Source of the DNA: Obrimoposthia wandeli
Taxonomy: Eukaryota
Length of the DNA: 64,000 nt
Reading direction: 5' to 3'
NCBI GenBank assembly: GCA_977020255.1
Contig: CDROCS010000506.1
Location: 3,286,001 to 3,350,000 of the forward strand
Position numbers and translations under genes: made by a program. The notes under the pieces were generated by a model. It made no database searches. It was given only the letters and a program-made list of their open reading frames with translations, and was not told the origin of the DNA. Positions 26,464 to 37,748 of this stretch are shown piece by piece. Every line of letters begins with the position of its first letter. The first letter of the stretch is position 1.

Positions 26464-26805
26464 CTAACCGCCTGCGAGTTTTACGGTATAGCCTTTTTTC
26501 TCTAAAAATTCTTTCGCCATATCACGTTGGTCGCCTTGGATCTCGATGATAAAATCTTTAACGCTACCGCCTACGCCACTTTTCTTTTTTAATTCTTTCG
26601 CTAGTGCTTTTAAGTCTTTCTCGGGCAAGTCGATACCACTAATTGTCGTCGCGCCTTTACCTTTACGGCCTTTGGTTTCACGGCGAATACGCACGATACC
26701 GTCACCTTCTGGTGCCGTTTCAATTTCTTTTTCTTCTTTAATACGGCCAGTTTCAGTCGAGAAAACCATGCGGATATTGTCATCAAAATGCATATCGATA
26801 CTCAT
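26464..26805 (-). CDS. yciH: YciH (eIF1/SUI1 homolog)
   Basis: VFSTETGRI, RETKGRKGKG, GVGGSVKD, IEIQGD and KLAGG. Confidence 0.93.
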   Translation of the reverse strand: MSIDMHFDDNIRMVFSTETGRIKEEKEIETAPEGDGIVRIRRETKGRKGKGATTISGIDLPEKDLKALAKELKKKSGVGGSVKDFIIEIQGDQRDMAKEFLEKKGYTVKLAGG

Positions 26806-26962
26806 TAATAGTCAATAAAGGGAATGTTTCAGCAGGGCTGAATAAAGTGGATTATAACAAACAAAAGCAACAATGATAAGCAGCTGAGCGGCAAGAACCC
26901 AAACGCACTGATGTCATTTGGGGGGATTATTATTTCCGCAGACTGAGCTACGTAGAACGAGA

Positions 26963-28186
26963 CTAGGCGTCTTGCTCATTGATGATATGGCTTAGTAAGA
27001 TCCCTTCTAATAGTGACTTACGTACTAACGCAACACCGGCCATTGATGGTTCATTTTGAAATTCGGCTTCACTGATAACGAGGTTCGGTACGAAACTACC
27101 TAATGCATGTTGTTGCACGCTGTGTTCAATAATCGGGAAAATAAGTGCTTTTGCTGCGACGATCTCGCCTTTAATTAACACCTTTTGTGGGTTAAATAAG
27201 TTAACAATAATAGCGATTGCTTGACCGAGTAATTTACTTACGCGTTGTAATACTTGCACGGCTAATTCATCACCGTCATTTGCAGCACTGCAAATAGCTT
27301 CAATGCTTAGTGTATCAAGCGTTAATGATGTTTCATGACCTTGTTTAATCAAGCCTTTGACTTGCTTCAGAATCGCTTCATTAGAAGCAATGGTTTCTAA
27401 ACAACCATGACTACCACAATGACAAGGTAAACCCAGTGGATCAATGCGAATATGACCGATTTCGCCAACTTGGTTATTGTAATTAGTAAAGATTTTGCCG
27501 TTATTGATAATGCCAGAACCAACACCGTCGTGCACAGATAATAACACGCTATCTTGGCAATCTTGTGCAGCACCAAAGTATAATTCTGCTAATGATAAAG
27601 ATTGGGTATGGTTGGCAATATAAGCGGGCACATTAAACGCTTTCGTGAGCAGTTTAGCGAGTGGAATATCTTTTAAATTGTGCTTTGGTAGATACACTAT
27701 GGTACCTGATTCACGGTCGATCAAGCCGGGTGATGTCACCGCTATGGCGATCAGAGTTTGTGTGTCAGGGTTTATGTTAACGCTAATAAAGTCGGCTATT
27801 TGCGCTAATAGAAATGGGATAACATCGTTGTTTGGGGCAGTGCTTAACGCTGAACGATAGTCTGTCAGTTTAGTCCCTGCAATATCATGCAAGGCGATAG
27901 TTAAATTATTACGACCTAGTTTACAGCTAAGAAAGACAAATGGTTCTATCTCGCAGGTGAGTGAGATAGCGGGTCTACCACCAGTAGAGGCTTGCTGCGC
28001 AACTTCTTTAATTAACCCAGACGCCATTAATTGGCGTGTCATTTTAGTAATACTCGCAGGCGCTAGCTCGCTTAGTTTTGCTAAATCAACACGTGAAATT
28101 TGCTTTTGTTCATCGATAAGGCGATAAACAGAGGCGGTATTCACTTGTTTTATAAATTCAATATTGGCGACTGGGCTATGTTTCAT
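26963..28186 (-). CDS. nagC: N-acetylglucosamine repressor NagC (ROK family)
   Basis: SRVDLAKLSELAPASITK HTH, GGRPA, GEIGH and CHCGSHGCLE; follows nagA. Confidence 0.93.
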   Translation of the reverse strand: MKHSPVANIEFIKQVNTASVYRLIDEQKQISRVDLAKLSELAPASITKMTRQLMASGLIKEVAQQASTGGRPAISLTCEIEPFVFLSCKLGRNNLTIALHDIAGTKLTDYRSALSTAPNNDVIPFLLAQIADFISVNINPDTQTLIAIAVTSPGLIDRESGTIVYLPKHNLKDIPLAKLLTKAFNVPAYIANHTQSLSLAELYFGAAQDCQDSVLLSVHDGVGSGIINNGKIFTNYNNQVGEIGHIRIDPLGLPCHCGSHGCLETIASNEAILKQVKGLIKQGHETSLTLDTLSIEAICSAANDGDELAVQVLQRVSKLLGQAIAIIVNLFNPQKVLIKGEIVAAKALIFPIIEHSVQQHALGSFVPNLVISEAEFQNEPSMAGVALVRKSLLEGILLSHIINEQDA

Positions 28187-28188
28187 AA

Positions 28189-29325
28189 TTAGAAGCTTTT
28201 CACTTGTCCGTTGACGATCGTTTTGATAACAGTGAAGTCCGCATCAAAGGCTGTTAAATTGGCCACTTTGCCTTTCGCAATGCTACCAAGTTTATCTTCT
28301 ACACCGATTGCTTTTGCAGGGTATAGATTTGCCATGCGCAGTGTTTCGTCTAGCGGTAAGCCAACGTGTTTCACTGTATTTTCAACTGCTTCGATCATAG
28401 TTAATGCTGAACCGCCTAGTGTACCATCGGCACCAACACATTTACCATCGCGATAGAACACTTCTGTGCCCACGAAGTCAAAAGAATCGATGTTGGCACC
28501 TGCAGGCGCAACAGCATCGGTAACTAAGACTAATTTTTCGCCCATTAGCTTATGGCTCATACGCACATTGGCGTAATCTACATGGTGACCATCAACGATA
28601 ATACCAGCGTAAACGTCTTGATGATCGTAAATCGCACCAACCACACCTGGATCACGACCTGTAATAGATGTCATCGCGTTGAATAGGTGAGTGGCAAAAC
28701 GAGCGCCCGCATCAAAGCCTTGCATACACTCGGTATACGTTGCATTTGTGTGGCCAACGGATACCAATACGTCTGCTGCGACTAATTGTTTAATGTGCGC
28801 AGGGTCTGTATTTTCGGGTGCTAAGGTTACTTTGCTGATCACGGCGCTATTATTGCTAATATGGTCGATCATAGCTTGCTCACTACGGCGAATAAGGTCA
28901 CTACTGTGAATGCCTTTTTTCGCAACAGAAAGGTAAGGACCTTCTAAATGTAAACCTAGCGCTTGGTTACTGTGCTTCGCTAAATATGCCGTCATCGTTT
29001 CGATAGCCGATTTCATTGCATCATCGGTAGCCGTAATAAATGTTGGTAAGTAGCTAGTACAACCAAAACGTTCATTGGTTTCTTGCATGATCTCAAGCGT
29101 CTTAACACTAATATCAGTATTAAATAACACACCACCACAACCGTTAAGCTGTAGGTCAATGAAACCAGCTGTTAAGCTTGCGCCCGCAAGATCAATTTTT
29201 TCAATATCAGCAGGGCAGTCAGCAACAGAAACCAGATCATGAATGTATTCACCATCGACAATTACACAGTGCTCAGTTAACACACTGTCGTTTGTGTAGA
29301 TAGTACAATTAGTGAGTGCATACAT
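28189..29325 (-). CDS. nagA: N-acetylglucosamine-6-phosphate deacetylase
   Basis: [29 protein letters not shown] and LVTDA. Start at ATG 29325 (MYALTN). Confidence 0.95.
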   Translation of the reverse strand: MYALTNCTIYTNDSVLTEHCVIVDGEYIHDLVSVADCPADIEKIDLAGASLTAGFIDLQLNGCGGVLFNTDISVKTLEIMQETNERFGCTSYLPTFITATDDAMKSAIETMTAYLAKHSNQALGLHLEGPYLSVAKKGIHSSDLIRRSEQAMIDHISNNSAVISKVTLAPENTDPAHIKQLVAADVLVSVGHTNATYTECMQGFDAGARFATHLFNAMTSITGRDPGVVGAIYDHQDVYAGIIVDGHHVDYANVRMSHKLMGEKLVLVTDAVAPAGANIDSFDFVGTEVFYRDGKCVGADGTLGGSALTMIEAVENTVKHVGLPLDETLRMANLYPAKAIGVEDKLGSIAKGKVANLTAFDADFTVIKTIVNGQVKSF

Positions 29326-29329
29326 AGAC

Positions 29330-30139
29330 TTACTCCGCGATAAAGCTTTGAATGTTTTGTGCTTCAAGGCCTTTAAAGTAGCGTACAGTTTTTACTTTTA
29401 ATTCCATCGTTGCTGGTTCATCACAAGCAATGATTGATTTAGCGTGTAGCTGTAGTGCAGAGATAGTCCAAAGGTGGTTTACAGAACCTTCAACAGCAGC
29501 TTCAAGTGCTAATGCTTTGTTGTGGCCTGTGATTAGTACTAAGATTTCTTTTGAATCTAATAGCGTACCAACACCAACAGTCAGTGCTAGTTTTGGCACC
29601 TGGTTAATGTCGTTGTCGAAGAAACGAGAGTTAACGATACGCGTATCTTCTGTTAGCGTTTTAATACGTGTACGTGAAGCCAGTGATGATGCTGGTTCGT
29701 TAAATGCGATATGACCATCAACACCTACGCCACCCATAAATAGGTTAATTTGGCCGTAGCTTTTGATTTTATCTTCGTAACGTTGACATTCAGCTTCTAG
29801 ATCTTCAGCTTGGCCATTTAGCAGGTTAATGTTGTCTGCTTGAATATCGATATGATTGAAAAAATTACTGTGCATAAATGTGTAGTAGCTTTCTGGGTGA
29901 TGCTTGTCGATACCAACATATTCGTCCATGTTAAACGTAACAACGTGTTTGAAGCTAACGTCACCAGCTTGGTGTAATTTGATTAGCTCTTTATACGTAG
30001 TAAGTGGAGTACCGCCAGTTGGTAAGCCTAAAACAAATGGCTTGTCTGCAGTTGGATTAAACGCGTTAATTTTGTTAACGATGTAAGCTGCGCTCCAGCG
30101 ACCGACTTGAGCTGGGGTATTCAAAGGAATTAATCTCAT
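29330..30139 (-). CDS. nagB: Glucosamine-6-phosphate deaminase
   Basis: [20 protein letters not shown] and GHIAFNEP. Confidence 0.97.
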   Translation of the reverse strand: MRLIPLNTPAQVGRWSAAYIVNKINAFNPTADKPFVLGLPTGGTPLTTYKELIKLHQAGDVSFKHVVTFNMDEYVGIDKHHPESYYTFMHSNFFNHIDIQADNINLLNGQAEDLEAECQRYEDKIKSYGQINLFMGGVGVDGHIAFNEPASSLASRTRIKTLTEDTRIVNSRFFDNDINQVPKLALTVGVGTLLDSKEILVLITGHNKALALEAAVEGSVNHLWTISALQLHAKSIIACDEPATMELKVKTVRYFKGLEAQNIQSFIAE

Positions 30140-30242
30140 GCGATACTCTCTATAATTTTTTGATGATAATTGATACTTTTTTTTAATTGTAAATTAAGTT
30201 TTAGGATCCAGCCATCAAAACTTGTCTTTTTATGCTCAAATG

Positions 30243-30258
30243 GTTGAAATAGATCACA
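30243..30258. promoter_or_regulatory. CRP site in nagB-nagE divergent region
   Basis: GTTGA-AATAGA-TCACA versus TGTGA-N6-TCACA; position between the divergent nag promoters as in E. coli. Confidence 0.6.
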
Positions 30259-30301
30259 ATGCAGGGAATTAAAGATGAATTTGGTTTGTCATTAGAGCCT
30301 T

Positions 30302-30324
30302 CTTACTTTACATTACGAAATAAG
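30302..30324. promoter_or_regulatory. NagC operator
   Basis: CTTACTTTACATTACGAAATAAG is a 23-bp match to STTATTT-N9-AAATAAS. A weaker second site may lie at about 30152-30174. Confidence 0.7.
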
Positions 30325-30420
30325 TTGTGAAGTAAGTACGAAGTCTGTTCTTGTAATGGAACTGCTACAGTTTCATAACAAGAACAAAACATTTAATTGG
30401 ATTTTAAACTTAAGATAAGG

Positions 30421-31887
30421 ATGATGGCTGTTATGTTTAGCTATTTACAAAAAATTGGTCGTGCACTAATGGTTCCAGTGGCAGTTTTACCTGCTGCTGC
30501 TGTATTAATGGGTATTGGTTATTGGATTGATCCGGTTGCATGGGGCGGCGAAAGCATGCTTGCTGCATTCTTCATCAAATCTGGTGCTGCAATCATTGAT
30601 AACATGTCTCTTCTATTTGCTGTTGGTGTTGCTTATGGTATGTCAAAAGACAAAGACGGTTCAGCCGCGCTTGCTGGTCTTGTTGGCTTCCTAGTTGTGA
30701 CAACGCTACTTTCACCGGGTGCAGTTGCTGCTATCCAAGGTGTTGGCGCTGACCAAGTTTCTGCAGCCTTCGGTAAAATCAACAACCAATTCGTTGGTAT
30801 CCTAGTTGGTGTTATCTCTGCTGAACTTTACAACCGCTTCAGCGAAGTTGAACTGCCTAAAGCACTTACCTTCTTCAGTGGTCGTCGTCTTGTTCCAATC
30901 GTAACGTCTTTCGTTATGATGGGTGTATCATTTATACTTATGTACATCTGGCCAATGATTTTTGATGGTCTAGTAACTTTCGGTACTAGCATTAAAGATA
31001 TGGGTCCTACAGGCGCTGGTATCTACGCATTCTTTAACCGTATGCTTATCCCAGTTGGTCTTCACCATGCACTTAACTCAGTATTCTGGTTTGACGTTGC
31101 TGGTATTAACGATATCCCTAACTTCCTTGGTGGCGCACAATCACTAGAAAACGGCAACGCAACTGTTGGTGTTACTGGTATGTACCAAGCTGGTTTCTTC
31201 CCAATCATGATGTTTGGTCTATTAGGTGCAGCGTTAGCGTTCATCCATACTGCTAAACCTGAAAACAAAGCGAAAGTAACATCTATTATGATGGCTGCTG
31301 GTTTTGCAACATTCTTCACAGGTGTTACTGAACCTCTAGAATTCTCATTCATGTTCGTTGCGCCAGTGCTATTCGTACTACACGCATTCTTCACAGGTGT
31401 GTCTGTATTCATCGCTGCATCTATGCATTGGATTGCAGGCTTCGGTTTCAGTGCGGGTCTGGTTGATTTAGTATTATCATCACGTAACCCACTTGCAACT
31501 CAGTGGTATATGCTACTAGTTCAAGGTGCTGCATTCTTCGTAATCTACTATGTAACGTTCCGTACTATCATCATTAAGTTTGACCTTAAAACTCCAGGTC
31601 GTGAAGACGCAGGCGAAGAAGCTGCTGCTCCAGCTAAAGCTGGTAAAGCTTCTCACGCTGAAGTTGCTGCTAAAGTTTTCGAACTTGTTGGTGGTAAAGA
31701 CAACTTAGTACACGTTGATAACTGTGCAACACGTCTACGTCTTGATGTTAAAGATTCTGCACTAGTAAATGACGCTGAACTTAAGCGCCACGTACCAGGT
31801 GTAATCAAGCCAAGTAAAACTGCTGTTCAAGTAGTGATTGGTCCACAAGTTGAATTCGTTGCTAACGCACTTAAAAAACTTGTTTAA
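30421..31887 (+). CDS. nagE: PTS N-acetylglucosamine-specific EIICB
   Basis: YLQKIGRALMVPVAVLP, GLHHALN, FFTGVTEPLE and EIIB NCATRLRL; no EIIA domain. Start uncertain (30421/30424/30433). Confidence 0.92.
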   Translation: MMAVMFSYLQKIGRALMVPVAVLPAAAVLMGIGYWIDPVAWGGESMLAAFFIKSGAAIIDNMSLLFAVGVAYGMSKDKDGSAALAGLVGFLVVTTLLSPGAVAAIQGVGADQVSAAFGKINNQFVGILVGVISAELYNRFSEVELPKALTFFSGRRLVPIVTSFVMMGVSFILMYIWPMIFDGLVTFGTSIKDMGPTGAGIYAFFNRMLIPVGLHHALNSVFWFDVAGINDIPNFLGGAQSLENGNATVGVTGMYQAGFFPIMMFGLLGAALAFIHTAKPENKAKVTSIMMAAGFATFFTGVTEPLEFSFMFVAPVLFVLHAFFTGVSVFIAASMHWIAGFGFSAGLVDLVLSSRNPLATQWYMLLVQGAAFFVIYYVTFRTIIIKFDLKTPGREDAGEEAAAPAKAGKASHAEVAAKVFELVGGKDNLVHVDNCATRLRLDVKDSALVNDAELKRHVPGVIKPSKTAVQVVIGPQVEFVANALKKLV

Positions 31888-31933
31888 TATCCTTACCGTG
31901 AGGTTAGCTACTGTGTAGTTAACCGCTAGGTAC

Positions 31934-31970
31934 AAAAAGGGCGATGCAGTTAATGCATCGCCCTTTTTTT
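31934..31970 (+). terminator. Intrinsic terminator after nagE
   Basis: AAAAAGGGCGATGCA-GTTAA-TGCATCGCCCTTTTTTT. Confidence 0.9.
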
Positions 31971-31999
31971 ATAAGCATATAAATTGGATAACAAAGGGC

Positions 32000-32047
32000 T
32001 AAATAAAGAACTTAATAAACAACTAAACAAACAGTTAAGTAAATAAC
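32000..32047. repeat. 4 x 12-bp degenerate A-rich repeat
   Basis: TAAATAAAGAAC / TTAATAAACAAC / TAAACAAACAGT / TAAGTAAATAAC. Confidence 0.55.
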
Positions 32048-32123
32048 CTATAGGTACGACCTGACAATTTCTTACATATCGAACGTATACAGCAATCGCA
32101 CAAGGGTATATATTTCATTTCAC

Positions 32124-32145
32124 AATATTGATCTAGATCAATATT
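32124..32145. promoter_or_regulatory. FNR-consensus box within a perfect 22-bp palindrome upstream of tpx
   Basis: AATATTGATCTAGATCAATATT contains TTGAT-N4-ATCAA (32128-32141). Confidence 0.75.
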
Positions 32146-32192
32146 AAACGGTTTTAATTAATAGTACTCATTTAACAAAACGGATAAAAAAT

Positions 32193-32690
32193 ATGACTCA
32201 AGTTACTTTTCAAGGCGATGCTGTAAACATCTCAGGTTCTATTCCAGCGGTTGGTTCACTAGCACCGGCATTCTCATTAACAGCTGGCGACCTGTCTGAT
32301 TTAACACTTGTTAGCTTACAAGGTAAGAAAGTTGTACTAAATATTTTCCCAAGTATCGATACGCCTGTATGTGCTGCTGGTGTGCGTAAATTTAACGAAG
32401 CTGCTGCCGCATTAGAAAATACAGTTGTTGTATGTGTTTCTGCAGATCTACCATTTGCGACAGGCCGCTTTTGCGAAGTTGAAGGCATTGCTAACGTGCA
32501 ACACGCATCAACATTCCGTAGCCCTGAGTTTGCTGAAGCTTACGGCGTTGCTATCCCTGATGGCGCATTACGTGGTTTAACAACGCGTGCTGTTGTATGT
32601 ATCAATGCTGAAGGTGTTGTTACACATAGTGAATTAGTAGCTGAAATCACTGACGAAGCTAACTATGATCTAGCACTTCAGGCGCTATAA
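32193..32690 (+). CDS. tpx: Thiol peroxidase Tpx
   Basis: LNIFPSIDTPVCA, SADLPFA..RFC and GLTTRAV. Confidence 0.95.
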   Translation: MTQVTFQGDAVNISGSIPAVGSLAPAFSLTAGDLSDLTLVSLQGKKVVLNIFPSIDTPVCAAGVRKFNEAAAALENTVVVCVSADLPFATGRFCEVEGIANVQHASTFRSPEFAEAYGVAIPDGALRGLTTRAVVCINAEGVVTHSELVAEITDEANYDLALQAL

Positions 32691-32767
32691 TTAGTCGTTA
32701 TGGATAAATAGTCGCTATGAATAAATAGTGGTTAAACATTGCAAGCTTAGTTTGTAATGATGAATTG

Positions 32768-32803
32768 AAAATAGCGCTGCAGTATCTGCAGCGCTATTTT
32801 TTT
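32768..32803. terminator. Bidirectional terminator between tpx and RecQ-like gene
   Basis: AAAATAGCGCTGCAG-TAT-CTGCAGCGCTATTTTTTT. Confidence 0.88.
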
Positions 32804-32816
32804 ATGCAGAAGTAAA

Positions 32817-34730
32817 TTATTGTTGGTTGGTTAGTAACGTTAATATTTGCTGATAAGGGTAAGCTTGCAAGGCTGCAAAGTTACTGATCTTCTTCGCTTT
32901 CATTTTCATGAACAAAGGTGTGCTGATACCACATAGGAAACGCGTGGTTAATACTGGCGTAGGGCGCTTATCACAAGCGCTGATAAAGGCTTGGCTTAGT
33001 TCTATAACGTGTTCAGCAGATAACATCGGCATACTGACTGGTTGCGGTAGCTGTGCAATACGTCCCTGACAGACAGAACATGTGCCACATTGCACTGGCG
33101 CTTTATCGTCACCAAAGTAAGTTGATAAGCCTTTACTCAAACATTGTGTACTTTGAATGTACTGACCAACTGCATGCACACGCTTAATTTCACTTTGTTC
33201 TTTATGGGCAAATTGTTTATGCAGTGTTTCGGCTAATTGTTGGCTATCAAAACGCGAGTTCAATATCTGATATACATCGGTCATCAATTTGCTTTCTAGT
33301 ACGATGTTATTACGTTCATGCAAAAATTCTAGAGCGGTGATCACGCGGCTACGCTGTTCTTGATAACCTTCACTCATGCGTTCAAAGTTAACTGTTGCCC
33401 AAGTACGTTTCGCTGGCGATGCGTTAAATATCTCTTCAATGAACACGCGTTTTTCATCGGTGAATTGGTTCAGAATTTGCGCTGGATCTTTTAAGAACTT
33501 AAAGCGGTATTCAGCGAAATAAGAATACAGCGGCTTGATGATCCCTTGCATTTCTAAATACACTAATAGGGTTTTTAACGGCGCTTGACGTAAATTACTG
33601 TCCATCGACAGTCCGTACAACGTATGTTCCCATTCAGTGCCTGCAGCTTGGATCTCGCGAAGTACTGCCTCAATACCATTAAGTTCAGGGGTATCACCAT
33701 AAACGAAATTCTCGAGGATACTTTGGTTATCTAAATTGGCTAATACCAGACATTGTGAATCACTGCCGTCACGGCCTGCACGACCAATTTCCTGGCTGTA
33801 GTTTTCAATTGATTTCGGTAAATCAAAATGCACGACGTTGCGGATGTTACTTTTATCAATACCCATACCAAAAGCAATCGTGGCAACAATACAGTCGATG
33901 CCATTACGCATAAATTTTTGCTGTACTTCTTCGCGTATATCGGTGGGCATACCTGCATGATAGGCCACTGCTTCAATACCAAACTCTTGCAAAGCACCCG
34001 CAAGTTCTTCAGCGGTTCTTTGTAAGGTGACATAGACAATGGATGCTTGTCCTGATTTTTTACCTAACCAGCGCGTGAGTGCCTGAAGTTTTTTGTCTTG
34101 GGCAATAGGGTGCATTAACAAGCTAAGGTTAGCGCGATAGAAACCGGTCTTAATGATATTTTCCGGGGCGATATTGAACTTGGTTTCCATGTCTTTAATA
34201 ACCGATGGCGTTGCCGTTGCGGTTAATAATAAGGCTTGTTTAATATTCAGTTCTTTTTGGTATTGCGGTAGTTTCAGGTAATCAGGGCGAAAGTTATGGC
34301 CCCATTCTGAAATACAATGGGCTTCATCGACCACTAATAATGAGATAGGTACTTGTTTGATGAACTTTCGAAAGCGTTCGTTCTTCAAACGCTCTACCGA
34401 AATCATCAAGATCTTCACTTCGCCTTCACGTACTTTCGACATGGTATCGCGGACTTCATCGACTGACATGCTCGAATCAATTTTAGCGGCAGCGATATTA
34501 TGCTTTTTCAAGAATAATAACTGGTCTTGGATCAAGGCTAGTAACGGTGAAATAACTAAAGTTAAATTTGGCAGGTGTAATGCCGATACTTGATAGCATA
34601 ACGATTTACCTGATCCAGTTGGAAAGATGGCTGCACTGGAATCGCCTTTGACGATATTGTTAATGACAGCTTCTTGGCCTTCTCTGAATTGATCATAACC
34701 AAAGTAGTGTTGTAACGTCTGATGCAGCAT
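32817..34730 (-). CDS. RecQ-family ATP-dependent DNA helicase (RecQ2/RecS-like)
   Basis: FPTGSGKSLCYQ, VDEAHCISEWGHNFRPDY, ATIAFGMGIDK, QEIGRAGRDG, C-terminal Zn-binding CGTCSVC; no recognisable HRDC. Confidence 0.9.
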   Translation of the reverse strand: MLHQTLQHYFGYDQFREGQEAVINNIVKGDSSAAIFPTGSGKSLCYQVSALHLPNLTLVISPLLALIQDQLLFLKKHNIAAAKIDSSMSVDEVRDTMSKVREGEVKILMISVERLKNERFRKFIKQVPISLLVVDEAHCISEWGHNFRPDYLKLPQYQKELNIKQALLLTATATPSVIKDMETKFNIAPENIIKTGFYRANLSLLMHPIAQDKKLQALTRWLGKKSGQASIVYVTLQRTAEELAGALQEFGIEAVAYHAGMPTDIREEVQQKFMRNGIDCIVATIAFGMGIDKSNIRNVVHFDLPKSIENYSQEIGRAGRDGSDSQCLVLANLDNQSILENFVYGDTPELNGIEAVLREIQAAGTEWEHTLYGLSMDSNLRQAPLKTLLVYLEMQGIIKPLYSYFAEYRFKFLKDPAQILNQFTDEKRVFIEEIFNASPAKRTWATVNFERMSEGYQEQRSRVITALEFLHERNNIVLESKLMTDVYQILNSRFDSQQLAETLHKQFAHKEQSEIKRVHAVGQYIQSTQCLSKGLSTYFGDDKAPVQCGTCSVCQGRIAQLPQPVSMPMLSAEHVIELSQAFISACDKRPTPVLTTRFLCGISTPLFMKMKAKKISNFAALQAYPYQQILTLLTNQQ

Positions 34731-34872
34731 ATCTGTCTCTCGAATGATGAAACCAATGATGGTTAAGCAGGGGAGTATATAGTTTTTTGTTAAAAAGTGA
34801 TCCCGTTTATGTAGTTAAACTTGTTGTAGTGCTATATTTTTAACAGTCAATCACGTTATTACAGGATGTATT

Positions 34873-35502
34873 ATGAAGTATAAGCAAAGACTTGGCGTTA
34901 GTTTGTTAGCGATGAGTATATTGATGCACACAGGGAACGTGGTTGCTGAATCATTTGTCGCGCCGTTTGGTGGTTACGCTTTTGGTACCAGTGATTTTTC
35001 TACCGTAGACAGCACTACCCAAGCAGAGAGCACCTTTAAAATTGCCGAGTCTGAGCATTGGGGGGTGATGGTCGGTGTGACAACGCCAGATCCGGGCAGT
35101 ATTTATTTACTTTATAGTCATCAATCGACAGAGTTTAGTATTGGCGACAATTTAAACCAACCTGAGATAACTAAGCTGGATATTGATTACTTACATTTGG
35201 GGGGCGCATTGTATTTCCCGCAAGGTAAATTTAGGCCTTATATAACCACCAGTGCAGGTTTAACTCAGATGCGACCTAGTAATGGTTTTTCTAACGAAAC
35301 GAATTTCTCTATGAGTGTTGGCGGCGGCGCTGAGTATCAATTCACTGCCAATTTTGCGTTGTTTGCCGATGCGCGTGGGTATGCTACGTTTATTAGTAGC
35401 TCGCAGTCGCTATTTTGTAATAGCGGCAACTGTAAGTGGCTGGTTGATGCGGACTTAATGTGGCAAGGACAAGTTAGCGTGGGCGCAAAGCTGACGTTTT
35501 AA
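34873..35502 (+). CDS. Small outer-membrane beta-barrel protein
   Basis: Signal peptide, amphipathic strands (RPYITTSAGLT, SMSVGGGAEY), terminal VGAKLTF. Confidence 0.75.
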   Translation: MKYKQRLGVSLLAMSILMHTGNVVAESFVAPFGGYAFGTSDFSTVDSTTQAESTFKIAESEHWGVMVGVTTPDPGSIYLLYSHQSTEFSIGDNLNQPEITKLDIDYLHLGGALYFPQGKFRPYITTSAGLTQMRPSNGFSNETNFSMSVGGGAEYQFTANFALFADARGYATFISSSQSLFCNSGNCKWLVDADLMWQGQVSVGAKLTF

Positions 35503-35739
35503 TTGTTTTAATCAATGTAACAGAATAGCCAATTGTGAACTATGCTAGATGTTAATATTCAAACGTTACTATTTAAACGTTGTTAAGCACTGGTTATTTT
35601 ATAGTTTTACAGTGTTTATTTATGTATTTCAGATAGATGTGCTCACTCACTTGACCTATTGCAGCGTGAAATGATAGTTTCGAATGAAACTACTTTCAAT
35701 GATGATAAGTGGTAATGAAAATATATAAGGGAATAAATA

Positions 35740-36450
35740 ATGACATTAACAAAGAAGCTCGGTGCTGAGTTTATTGGTACATTTTGGTTAGTTCTTGGTG
35801 GTTGTGGTAGTGCGGTATTAGCGGCGGCATTTCCTGATGTCGGTATCGGTTTATTAGGTGTATCACTGGCCTTTGGTTTAACGGTATTAACCATGGCATT
35901 CGCGATAGGCCATATCTCTGGTTGTCATTTAAACCCTGCCGTTTCAATCGGACTTTGGTCTGGTGGTCGTTTTTCTGCAGCTGAGCTTGGTCCTTATATT
36001 CTCGCGCAAGTACTTGGTGGTATTGCCGGTGCTGCAACTCTATATGTTATTGCTAGTGGTCAAGCGGGCTTTGATGCTAGTGCTGGTTTCGCATCGAATG
36101 GTTATGGCGAACACTCTCCAGGTGGTTATACCTTAGTTGCGGCATTAGTGACTGAAATCGTCATGACGTTTATGTTCCTGATTATTATTTTAGGTGCAAC
36201 GGACAAACGTGCTCCTGCAGGTTTTGCACCGATTGCCATTGGTCTTGGTTTAACCTTGATCCATTTAATTAGTATTCCTGTGACTAATACTTCAGTTAAC
36301 CCTGCACGTAGTACAGGTGTGGCTATTTTCCAAGGTGATTGGGCGTTATCGCAACTGTGGTTATTCTGGCTTGCCCCAATTGTTGGTGCAATATTAGCGG
36401 GTATTGTTTACCGTTGGTTTGAATCTGATGAGCAAGAACAGCAAGCTTAA
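35740..36450 (+). CDS. aqpZ: Aquaporin Z
   Basis: [25 protein letters not shown] and [10 protein letters not shown]. Confidence 0.96.
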   Translation: MTLTKKLGAEFIGTFWLVLGGCGSAVLAAAFPDVGIGLLGVSLAFGLTVLTMAFAIGHISGCHLNPAVSIGLWSGGRFSAAELGPYILAQVLGGIAGAATLYVIASGQAGFDASAGFASNGYGEHSPGGYTLVAALVTEIVMTFMFLIIILGATDKRAPAGFAPIAIGLGLTLIHLISIPVTNTSVNPARSTGVAIFQGDWALSQLWLFWLAPIVGAILAGIVYRWFESDEQEQQA

Positions 36451-36524
36451 TCACACACGAATGTATAATTAAATTGATAAACAGCAGGGGGCTGTAGTTG
36501 TAATAGTTGTAATAATAATTGCAA

Positions 36525-37694
36525 TTACGGCCCCTTTTTTGTTGCAAGCAATGCTGTTACTGAGATAGTGATTAATCCCGCGACAACCCCCCACAATGCC
36601 GACCCTATATTCCATAAGGTAAAGTCAGACGCGGTGACTAAAAAGGTCATCAATGCGGCTTCTTTATAAGGCGATTCAATAAAGGCATGCTGCAAACTGC
36701 CCCCAATAGTGGAAAACAAGGCAATACCCGCTAGTGCCATGACTAAGGCTGTAGGCATGGCTTGGAATAAGGTCATTAAGCTTAACGCACACAATCCCAT
36801 TAATAGATAAAAAGCGCCTGCACTGACTGCTGCCCAGTAACGTTTTTTGGGATCTTTATCGGCGTCTTCTGACATACATATCGCGGCAGTGATCGCGGCT
36901 AAATTAATACCAAAACCACCAAAAGGTGCAATGAGTATATTGGTTACCCCCGTTACCGTCATTAATTTGGATACCGGAGCGTGGTAACCGTGGGCTTTCA
37001 AGATAGCAATACCGGGCATGTTTTGGGTTGCCATCGTGACTAAAAATAGCGGTAAGCCGATGTTGATGAGTGCTGTCATGCTCCACTCTGGTTCGACATA
37101 GACCAATTGTCCTAGGCTCCACGTTAATTCAGGTACCACAAACAGCCCTTGTAACCATGCCGAGGCGATCCCGACAATTAAAATAGTCAGCATGGCAAAA
37201 CGAGGCACCAGCGCTTTACTGATTAAAAAGCTGACAAACATCAAGCCAACGAGTAGCGGGGACTGATTCATGACATTGAATACTTCAATACCAAAAGACA
37301 GTAAGATCCCTGCCAACATAGCGCTGGCTATTTGTAGTGGCACACGGTTCATTAATTTTTCAAATAGCCCTGAAATACCTGATAGGGTAATGAGACAAGC
37401 CGAGAAGATAAAAGCGGCAACGGCTTCGTTAATACTAAAACCTTGGGTACTGGTAATAAGTAATGCAGCACCGGGAGTAGACCAAGCGATTAATAGCGGC
37501 GTACGATAATATATAGATAAACCAATAGACGTGATCCCCATACCAAGTCCTAGCGCAAAAACCCAACTTGAAACCATGACTAAGTCAGCCCCGAGGTTGG
37601 TGGCTGCTTGGTATATAAGGGCAATAGAACTGGTGAACCCAACCAACGCTGCTATAAAGCCCATGTTGACGCGGTTTAAAATGACACTGTTCAT
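36525..37694 (-). CDS. BenE/YdcO-family benzoate:H+ symporter-like transporter
   Basis: GFIAALVGFTSS, AWSTPGAALL, TMATQNMPG and INLAAITAAIC. Start at ATG 37694 after GGAGGAG. Confidence 0.88.
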   Translation of the reverse strand: MNSVILNRVNMGFIAALVGFTSSIALIYQAATNLGADLVMVSSWVFALGLGMGITSIGLSIYYRTPLLIAWSTPGAALLITSTQGFSINEAVAAFIFSACLITLSGISGLFEKLMNRVPLQIASAMLAGILLSFGIEVFNVMNQSPLLVGLMFVSFLISKALVPRFAMLTILIVGIASAWLQGLFVVPELTWSLGQLVYVEPEWSMTALINIGLPLFLVTMATQNMPGIAILKAHGYHAPVSKLMTVTGVTNILIAPFGGFGINLAAITAAICMSEDADKDPKKRYWAAVSAGAFYLLMGLCALSLMTLFQAMPTALVMALAGIALFSTIGGSLQHAFIESPYKEAALMTFLVTASDFTLWNIGSALWGVVAGLITISVTALLATKKGP

Positions 37695-37748
37695 TGGTTC
37701 TACTCCTCCTTGATGTAATCCATATTGGTGTTGGATTAGTAATATGTT

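Noticed and set aside
30152-30174. Second NagC operator near the nagB promoter
   Set aside because: Resembles the E. coli nagB operator only with a 1-nt gap; not reported as a separate feature.
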